A stretch of 20,000 bases of DNA, from contig NW_014577062.1 in the NCBI RefSeq assembly GCF_000485595.1, positions 184,457 through 204,456 of the forward strand. The letters are read 5' to 3'. This document shows positions 1 to 9,600 of the stretch, in pieces; the first letter of the stretch is position 1, and each line of letters starts with the position of its first letter. Below the pieces are notes generated by a model. The model was not told the origin of the DNA. It did not search any database and worked only from the letters and a program-made list of their open reading frames with translations. The stretch is from Priapulus caudatus (lineage: Eukaryota). The translations under genes were made by a program, and so were the position numbers.

Positions 1-131
1 TGTGGTGGCGATTTTGACGCATTAATTAGTGGTACGGTAAAAACACGCCCCCCGGACCCCTAGTTTTTCCTCCCTTCCCCTCCACCCCCTCCCCTCCCCC
101 CCTGTTTCATTTCATCCTGGGGAGAACCCTG
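1..131. mobile_element. Right end of a CAGGG-terminated non-autonomous DNA transposon (partial)
   Basis: Ends in CTGGGGAGAACCCTG (reverse complement CAGGGTTCTCCCCAG) after C-rich tracts, a terminus type shared with other elements here; left end not in window. Confidence 0.4.
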
Positions 132-246
132 GGCGGGTTGTGTTGGTTTGGACAAAAAACATTGTTGTTGTAAAGAACAAATAATAATAGTAATTTGTTC
201 ATCTTCATGACAAAACTAATATTACAATCTTTTTTGATCACATTAA

Positions 247-832
247 ATGGCGACAGTACTCTAGGATTTTTACTGCATACCAACTTACTTAACGTATAAC
301 AAATCGTCTACTACCACAGTGTATTGTTCACCAGATACTTAATAATTATTTACAGATCAACGCTACGAAATTTGAAGCGGCGCCATGACACCCGCGACCG
401 TGCTGCCACCCTGAAAAAGTTGCGTATTTGCATTTTATTTTGCAGGTAAATGCCGGAGGCTAATCACAAAAGTGCAATTATATTTATACTAAATGCTATT
501 TAAGCGAACGATATTCATTTTAGGGCAAATTATCCATATTATACATGAAACTATATTGCGTTTTAAGATATTACAATCCTTTTGCTTTTAAATGAAAAAA
601 ATAAGAAATACCCTCGGTCTGTAGCCCTTGGCTGGAAAGTGGTATTTGCCCGCAACTTCTCAGATCGTGCGTTTGAGTGGCGCCACCGTCGTTGTAATCA
701 AACTGTAGTCTCTTAGTTTTAAACATTTAAAAAAATATTTCTAATGGTGATTGAACCATGAAAGTTTTTATGTAGCGCAATTATAACCAAATTAGCTGAA
801 AATAACCCTAGAACCTAGAGGCTACTGTTCCT
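247..832. mobile_element. Degenerate Kolobok/T2-like MITE (TTAA flanks)
   Basis: TTAA at 243-246 and 833-836; left TTAAATGGCGACAGTACTCTAGG vs right reverse complement TTAAAGGAACAGTAGCCTCTAGG; GGCGCCA motifs in mirrored subterminal positions. Confidence 0.55.
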
Positions 833-1429
833 TTAATTTGTTACTTGACAACAACAATGTTTTTGTCTCCAACCAACCCAGCCTGCCCACCCTCACGTGC
901 GGGAAATACATAGTTCCCGCTGACTGGCGCTGCTGCAGCGCGCCAGCAGAATGTGTGGGAAGTTCGCAAAATCGAATGTTTGGTTTACAAGAAAACCGCA
1001 AGTATACTATTGCAACGATAGTTAGAGGTTAAGTTTTAGTAGCTGATATAACTTAAGACATATTCACTTCGGATAAGAGAGGCATTAATTGCCTACCACA
1101 GACGTTTTATAGGCGGGTATAAGCGTGCTTAAGTTGGTCCCGCGCATCCCTAATGGCTCGTTCTATAGCCCAGCGGAAGTTAATGTAAGCGGGCTATAGT
1201 ACTAGAGCTAGTGATAGTGCGTCAACAATTGGCTTCTTTCTATTTTTTTTTGCCAGCTTTCATTTCATTCAAGTGCATTTGAGAGCATAATAATGATCAT
1301 GCACAACTTAGGAAAAATGTGTCTTGATAAATTTAGTACCATTTCTTTTTTAACATGTTTTTTTTTCCAGACCCCCTTCGCATGCTCGCTACTAGTGTAC
1401 ACCCACATTTCAAAATGAAATTGCGCGCA

Positions 1430-1563
1430 TGGCGGAACGTACTCTGGTAACTATTTGATATGGTTAGGGTTAGGGAGTAGGCGTAGGCGACTCCCTAGAC
1501 TCGTTAGTGGAGTAGGCGAGGTACGGTCAGGCATATTAGATAGTACCAGGGTACGTTCCGGCA
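1430..1563. mobile_element. Short foldback element with ~31-bp inverted arms around GGTTAGGGTTAGGG (MITE or Helentron-derived)
   Basis: Arms 1430-1461 and 1533-1563 are near-perfect reverse complements; telomere-like motif at 1462-1475. Confidence 0.55.
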
Positions 1564-1593
1564 GTACTAGGAAAATAATCTATATATATAAAA

Positions 1594-1596
<3 letters not shown>

Positions 1597-1679
<83 letters not shown>

Positions 1680-1714
1680 TTTTCTCTTTCTCTTTCTCTC
1701 TCTCTCTCTCTCTC
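1597..1714. repeat. (CT)n microsatellite
   Basis: Direct reading. Confidence 0.98.
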
Positions 1715-2739
1715 AATGTTATAAAACACAAAAAGCGTGGCTAACACACTTATTTCCATTGTGGTCCAACCATCCTCGATAATTTTCTAGCTGCATTTTA
1801 TTTATTTATGCTGTTATCGATGTAATAATGTATGCTTTAGTAATTATCGAAATAAATAAATCTAAAAAAACAAAAAAACTAAGGTTGGACAAAGGTTACG
1901 GTTAGAGGGCAGAGTTGGGCGGTCAGTGGCCGAGTTTCTAGAACTAGAAGAGCAAACTTTTGAGAAACATAGTAATCATATAATGATATACGTTTAGTGT
2001 AGTGTATTACTATTAGCCCTTGTATCTGTTCCACTGCCGCTGACGACGACATCTAAGAGCACACCTCCCTGCGTTGTTTTGCGGTGTTGCCTCGCATACA
2101 AAGCAACAGCATTTACTTTTAGCACAGTATTAGCACAGCAACAGCACAGTTTACACCAGAGACGCACATATGGGGTTTACTCCTCTGCTACTACCGAGTA
2201 CTTCCCGAGTTCTACCGATACAAACTTCCCGAGTTTCACGCCTAACGGCAGTTCCTGCCTTGCTTCAGTAACATAGATGGCAACATGTCCCCTAACACAT
2301 GGGACATATACAGTTAATAAAGAGATATTTCAAGTCTATTCATCTTTAGCGCCATCTCTCGACCAGAAGTTAGAAAAATATATACAATGGCACGCACATA
2401 GAGGTACGCTGGTTGTGAGAGAGGCAGAGCCAGAAGCAGGACATCTTCCTGCATTTCAAAGCCAAAGGAGTAGAATGCCTGGATCTTCATCGAATGGGCA
2501 AACACTTACGCCGAGTGAGTACACTACTCTAAGTGTCTAAGGTGAGAATATTAACCTGTGAGTGTCTACTGCTAGATTTGAGCTGAGACTGAAAATACTT
2601 TTACTATACATGTATGTGACTATGTCCCTATCTACAGTACCGGTAATGAATATAATGCGCAATATAATGCGACTGCTCGGGTCGTATATTATTATATTAA
2701 TATTAATTATTATTATTGTGTTTGCTGCCGTGTGTACTT

Positions 2740-2933
2740 TGCCACAACTCCCACTGTAAGCGCAAGGATGGCTCCTAAGTTCTGGCGCATGTGCCCTTTA
2801 TAATTGTTTCGTTTGTAACTATGCCCGATATTGAATGTTTCCACTCCTCACGTTCAGTTTAGGCCTACAGTAGCAACGTAGTCGTTACCGCCATTTTGGC
2901 ACTAGGGGGCCTACTGTAGGCCTATATGTAAGT
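2740..2933 (+). promoter_or_regulatory. Candidate promoter and non-coding first exon of the EHMT gene
   Basis: ZNF143-like CCACAACTCCCA (2742), NRF1-like GCGCATGTGC (2785), YY1-like CCGCCATTTT (2888), then a consensus GTAAGT donor at 2928 upstream of the 3679 acceptor. Motif inference only. Confidence 0.35.
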
Positions 2934-3177
2934 GTGCTACCGAGTACCGTATCTAATCACTTTGACATGTCGCTTGTTATCGTAGCTTAGCTGCAATTTA
3001 GAGTGAGGGTGAGGTAAAATGCTTGTGTAGGGAATGCAAGTGATTCCACTTACTACCCAGTAATTAAGTAGGGGCCATCGTGTAATCAAAACATGGTGAA
3101 AATTCATTTGACATGACAAGCTTCATGTTGTGTTGATATCACTATTTATATCAAGTGACATTGTCATTGTAGACTTC

Positions 3178-3529
3178 CAGGGCTGCCAACATTGGGTGAT
3201 AGGTGAGAGTGAGATGCGAGGGAGCGAAGCGACCGAGGGGGCCGGGTGTGGGAAGGGGGTTTCCCCCCTCCCACGGTAGGGAGCTTTTGCATTTTGTAAC
3301 TTTAATTTGTGCAATTTGGTGCATACTAAAGTGACTGTTTTCAGATATTGTAAGATTTTTTTGCTGTGCGTGAGATATTTCAGCGTTTTATTCATGAAGA
3401 GATATTCATGCGTGAGATATCTCAGCATTTTTTTGCTGTGCGTGAGATATTGTTAGATCAGCGTGAGACCGTGAGATTTGGTCAAAATGCGTGAGTCTCA
3501 CGGTCAATGCGTGAGAGTTGGCAGCCCTG
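3178..3529. mobile_element. Non-autonomous DNA transposon, 13-bp TIR CAGGGCTGCCAAC, 6-bp TSD GACTTC (possibly hAT-like)
   Basis: Perfect TIRs 3178-3190 / 3517-3529; GACTTC at 3172-3177 and 3530-3535; internal GCGTGAGA repeats. Confidence 0.88.
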
Positions 3530-3704
3530 GACTTCTGCTGTCGCTTACAATTAGTGTGCAATCACCTTTCTTTTAACCCAAATGTAATTGCCACTCCCAT
3601 AAAATTGGAATCGATAAAATTCTTCCACCCTACCTCTCTACGTTGTCATGTCATACACATAGTTAATGTTGTGTGCAGATTCGGCCGTTGGGGAAGATGC
3701 GACT

Positions 3705-4838
3705 ATGACGACAAAGGGAGCCACACAAGATTTGGTGAATCCTGACGACGGGTCAAGGTCAAGTTTGTCTGAGGACGAAGTGGGACTAACGTCGGCCGAC
3801 GAACGAGCGAGCCGGTCGAGCCGAGAGGGCGAGGTGTCGCGCGCAATGGCCGACATGCTGCGTGATGTCGCCACAGATTGCGAGAGCGGCGGCAAGAGCC
3901 GACCGACGAGTTCGTTCCTGTACGAGGACGACGAGGTGTCGTTTGTCGTGCCTGCTGGCCACGAGGACGAGCACGATGGCAGCGCAGCGGCGGACGGCGA
4001 GGCCTGCGACCGTGACGTCTCCGAGAAGGCAGGTTTGCTCGCGAGCGAGGGCGCGGCGAGGGCGCACCACCTCACCGCGCTGAAGGAGAACATCCAGACG
4101 GAGTTGCCGCTCAAGAGGCAGAAGGCGCGCAAGAGTTTTCCAAGCGCAGGCCTGCGGTCGAAGACGGAGTCGGCGCAGGAGGTGAAGATGCGCATGCAGC
4201 AGAGCGTCGTCGAGCGTGACGGCGCGGAGAACGCGCGCGCGGTGGCGCTAGCGCAGCGCGCTGAACTCGAGAACATCGTCGACCTGTCGCTCGACCTCGA
4301 GCACTTTCGATCGGTCGGCTTGCTGGGCTTTGCCTCGTCGTTTCCGATGGATCGGCTCTTTGCTCGGCTGCAGTTGCCTGCCGCTGCCCCTGCTCAGCCG
4401 GTCAAGCGCAAACGTATTCGCTTTGGTGTGTACTCCCTGCAGAACCAGCAGCGGAAACGCAGACTCAACAAGAGATTGCGCAGCCTCAGCCTCCAGCAGC
4501 AGCAGGGGGAGACTCTAGAGACTGAGACTGATGCTTCGTGTTCCGAGGCCGTCGACGCGGTAGCAGACGCAGCGTGCGAACAAGGTGACATCACATCGTT
4601 GGTCAGCAAGGAAGAAAAAGTTGCTGGGGTAACGCATAACAGTGGAGATGCTGCCGGGCGTACCAGTGAGGAGGGAGAGGTTGCGGGGCTTCCTGAAGAT
4701 AGGGGCGAGTTTGAAGAGCTAGTTCACATAAATACAGAAGTAGTAGAAGCTTCACCCAAGGAAGAGCAGGAGCTCGGATGTAAGCAGAAAGAGGTTACAG
4801 AAACAGTTCCATTTCTAAAGTCACCTGGCACATTGAAG
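3705..4838 (+). CDS. EHMT1: EHMT exon: large N-terminal exon (acceptor at 3678/3679, probable ATG 3705), with ARKS and basic NLS-like motifs
   Basis: Long ORF, acceptor tgtgcAG at 3677-3678, donor AAG|GTAGGG at 4838 in phase 0 with the next exon. The start codon is uncertain because an upstream coding exon is possible. Confidence 0.8.
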
Positions 4839-6647
4839 GTAGGGACAGTTTCATATGTGCACCAGGGTGCGAAATTAACGGGAGTCCGGAGTCAAATACT
4901 CCCTGATTTAGTGTGGGACTCCCTGATTTGACATATGCAGGAGTCCGTGTGACTCCCTGAAAATTCTGCCGTACTAACTAGTCCGTTCCGGAGCACGGCC
5001 TTGCGGAATTACTGTATTTGTTCAGCTAATGTCCAAAGAAAATTTGGCAGATGTGCAACTGCATGAATCTTAAAAATAAGCACTTGCGTTATTGTTAATA
5101 TCTTTAATTTTGAACCTCAGACTGCAGACTCTCTCATTTTGCTGCGGACTCCCTCTTTTTGAGTGTAGGGAGTCTGTTGGACTCCCTTGTTCAAAAGTTA
5201 ATTTCTACCCCTGGAGCACACAATAACTCATTCCTGCAAATATGGGGCTTATGAAGTGCCTGACAGTTCCAATTACTATTTATTGGCGATAAGTGATCTT
5301 TCAATTAAACTATTGTGCCTTTAATTGCCATCCCAAGTGTTATCTTAATTGTTGTCCTTAAAAATCATCTTTGTTATAGGAGGAAGCAAACCAAGATGAT
5401 TATATTGACACTTTCCAGCAGGAGACTGACAAAACTAAGTCACCATCACTCAGTACTAATGAAAGAAACGAAATTCCAAATATATCTGACAAAGGTATAA
5501 ATTTTTAATAAGTGTAGTTTTGCTGTACAGGCTACAACTTGCATTTGAAGTTCAAACAGTTGATGTTAAGTAGAGGATGACCCTATTTTTATCAAAGATA
5601 AATATTATATATTTATAGGTGATAATCTCTGACACATAGCATAGGGGTTACTCACTAGCATCATAGTCAAGTCTTGGTTTCTAGGAGGCCTTTGTTTCCT
5701 GACATTAATAAAACAGCTGGAACTATGTTGAAAGAGAATATGATAGGCTTATGACCTAACGAAATAAATTAGTAAGATGAAATATTGTCCAAAGTTATGA
5801 TTTTTCTGACAGTGATTTAGGATAAAGATTCAAGATGAGGAATGGTTTTAGAATGAACATTTTTTCTGACTATGCTCCCAGGCTCATAGCCCAGTCCCTA
5901 GCCCCTGCTTGCTGAATTATAAAGCATTGTAATGATCGTTCATAGCTGAGGATGAGAAGAGTGTGGACGGAAGTGAGTCATCCAGCCCGCGTGGTGATCA
6001 TAAAAGGCAATCTAATGGTGAGTTCATAGTTTAATAGTGAGTTAATTGTTTAATTAGCTATGCAGTGATGGAACCATCGTCTTTGCTCCATCAACGTAAA
6101 CGAAAAATCTTGCAATTGAATTCTAAAGCAGGGTGATCACTCGTCGGTAACATTGTTTGTTCTGTGAGTTCATTGCATGATGCAGAGTGAATGCATTTTT
6201 AATGTAATACCTAGGATTAGATGAGGATCTCACGTCTGGTATGGCAGGTTACTTCAGGCACACTGTACAAGGTATAGCTCAATGAGTTTAAATAGTGCTG
6301 TAGTGTGTTATACTACAGACGTCCATAGTGTACCTAGCAGGAGAGCTGCCACCACTCTATGCTTAGTATGGCACAGGCATCCTCAATAATTATCTGAAAT
6401 TACCTCACACATATCTTGTGGGGCCTTTGTTGGCAGGTGATGGGGAAGAGAGCCTTAGTGGTGCCAGTAGCACATCAGAGAGTGACAGTAAGAAGCTGAG
6501 GTTAGAGGACCTTGGCCTGGTGCCAAGAAATGGGCTGAGTAAAGATGTCACAGACAAGCTGCAGGTAATGTGTGGGGCGAACGTAACCTCGCCCATGCCA
6601 CAGCCTAAATTGCTGGTGATACACTTATACTCAGTTGACTGGTTTAT

Positions 6648-6691
<44 letters not shown>

Positions 6692-9600
6692 GATTTGAAC
6701 TCAATTAAATCCTTAAACGTTTATGAGCTAACTTGTGACTGTGTTTTTTGTAAATGATTTTATATGAAAATGAAAATTGGACAGGCCCTTAATTTATCAT
6801 GCGTAGTTATGTTCCAGATATTGACTGTTTTCTCATTTCATTCATATATAGACATTCTTGCACGTGGATAATGTGCTGCCACCACTCTGTCACTGTCGTG
6901 TGAAAGTCGGGTCACTTGCAAAGACAAAAGCCACCAAGTGTCAAGCTTTGAACACCATAGATGACAAAGTAGGTTTTGCACATATTTAAAGAGAATTTAC
7001 AAACATCCTGATTTATTTGTTAGATATATATATGTTAATGATCTCAGGATTGGCAATTGTTCTTTTTTTCTTAGATTTTTAAGTAGATGTTTTAAGTTTT
7101 AACTATGAAAGTGTTCATTTGAAACTATTTGTGCATTTTTTCTGCATCACAATTCATCAATGTCATGTATCTATAAAAGAAATGACAGAGAGCAGTCAGA
7201 AGTTAGCCAAATCAGATGGCCATATATTGGTGATAGTTACTCTTGTACACATAGATTTCATGGCTAATGTAATGCACTCCCACATAATGTGATATCGATA
7301 ATGCATACTGATTTTTCCAGAACCCAACCACAAAATTGCAGTTGCATTGTTTACAGGTGATTGGATGCTGCAAGAATGTGGTGAACCACCAGCTCGTGCG
7401 TCCATCACCCAGGATCAGCTTCTTTGCTGTTTGCGAGGTGCACCGGACCAGACTACGGCGCCACCAGTGCTGTCCAATGTGTGGACTGTATTGCACGCAG
7501 GTATGCCGCTATGGCAGCCCCCTCTATAATGCATACAGAAGGAATACAGAAGGGTTTTCACATGACTGTAGTTTTTGGCATTTTAATTGCTCAACAGTAT
7601 ATACAGTAAAACTGGCATAAGTCGGCACTTTTGGGGCCAGCATTTTTGTGCCGACTTGCGAAAATTACGATATATGCGTAAGTCATCATTTTGTCGACTT
7701 ATGTGTAAGTCGCCAAAATGACGACTGTTGCATGCATGTATATCGTCATTTTGACGACTTACAAAGCCGGCAGTTCGACAACTTGGAGAGTGTCAAGCTG
7801 ATATTTCTCCAGGCTTCATATCTACATGAACTAGTACATGTGCACTAAGGTATTATCTCAAAATTACTTGATCCTGATGCCATAAAACACAAAAATGTTC
7901 AGTAAATAATTAGAGGAAGTGTCCCCCACCCTTAAATACTGCTCTACGCGCTACGACTGGATTGAGCGAGACTAGCCTGCATGTGTGTCCGCGAAACAAT
8001 GAGTCATCATTTTACCAGAAATTTGCTGTACATTGGGCTGCATACACTGCGCCATCGGCATTTCTGATGACGACATACAGATAGGATTTTACTGTTGTTT
8101 GTATTACATGGGACCTGTCTGAGGGCGACGACTTGTACATAATCACGGGTTGTAAATGATGACTTTGGCGGGACTATTCAAATGGATTTTTTATTAGAGA
8201 AAATCGGGACTTTGAACTCCATGACGACTTCAGCGAATTGACGAGTTAGACGATGGTGTCTTATGCGAGTTTTACTGTATGTGTAAATTGATTAGTAACA
8301 GCATTTATTAAGTTGAATCTGTGTGTTAGGTTTTGCCTGACAACTTTAACGATTTTAATTAATAACTTTATTATTGGTTGATTTGTGTCCTTACTGATAT
8401 CTTTGTGTAAGGCGTGAACATGTGAATGTGATTATTATTAGTGATATTTATGCAGTCATGTATGTATGACAGGGAGATTTCATCAAGTGCTGTGATGAGC
8501 TGTCACACATGTTCCACAAGGACTGTACGTTGTACAACAGCGATGGAGTGCCGCTGTGTCCGCACTGTGGCTCTTTCTCCGAAGGAGTTGCAATAAAGCT
8601 GAAAATACGATCGTCGCAACTGCCCTCCTTCTTGGAGCAGCAACGAAAGAGCGGGTGCGTAGTCACTGTTCGTTGCGCATGTCGTAGATAGTGAGTGTCA
8701 CCTCATGTGCGGCGTGGGTCACTGTAGGAGAAGCTGTATGTCCGAATGCGTCATCTTGTCAGTGTCGTGCAATTAGACTGGATAGCAGAGGAAGCCTACG
8801 TCATGATGTGTAGTGCATTCACATCACTATCATAGTAAATACTTGGATGATTCACAAACCATCGAGTGCATCTGTTGGGAGTAATATTCCACTAATTATA
8901 CTTTATTTACTACCATGTTACATGTAGGTGCCGAATTATATAATAAGCAGTGTCCAATGATAGGCACATTTAAGAAATGAGCACTTGAATGGCAGTATTA
9001 TCAATGCATGTTATCTCGTCTGAATGTGCGGTGTATAGCTCGGACTATGTGCAGGCTGGTGCTTTTTCAGTCCTTGACTCTTTGTTCTTGCAGACCTCAT
9101 GCTCAGATGACATTCCCAACAGAGAAGTTATCATCAGAGATTTCCTCTGACTCGAGATATTCAGTAGTCTTCTCCGAATCTGGAAAGACGTTCTCTGCTG
9201 GTACGCACACGTTTAGCAGTTTAACTGGGGCACAAGTATTGCACTGAACCCACGTTTGCATGGCAGACCAAAATATTAACAATGCCCCTTCATAGTGTGC
9301 GACCTTATACTGTTTTGTTTGATCGTGACATGTGAACTTGTTTTATTGCAGGATACTGGCACACAATCATGTCAGAAGCACATATGAATGCATGTTGCCT
9401 TAAACTTGTATGCTACTATTGAGTTGGTGCTATGGTTTAATGACAGATGTGGTTATTAATTTGAGGCTACTATGTTTAATTCTTGTGTGAGAATGCATGC
9501 AATTCTCTTCCTAACAGGAACTGCTTGTTTTCTGGTGCTTAAAACAGTCATAGTTGGAAAGGGGTGATTTATAGTGAAGGGCTGATTAGTGTGAGTTTAC

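Noticed and set aside
1455..1724. ORF with an SL repeat
   Set aside because: Translation of the (CT)n microsatellite
2277..2540. 87-aa ORF as an upstream EHMT coding exon
   Set aside because: It has a GTGAGT near 2515 but no recognisable similarity, so it is unsupported without transcripts
3638..4276. 212-aa minus-strand ORF and other overlapping ORFs
   Set aside because: Antisense or alternative-frame shadows of a GC-rich exon, with no recognisable domain
3666..4931. 421-aa ORF as a standalone single-exon gene
   Set aside because: It is an EHMT exon. Its first codons precede a splice acceptor and its tail runs past the 4838 donor into a MITE.
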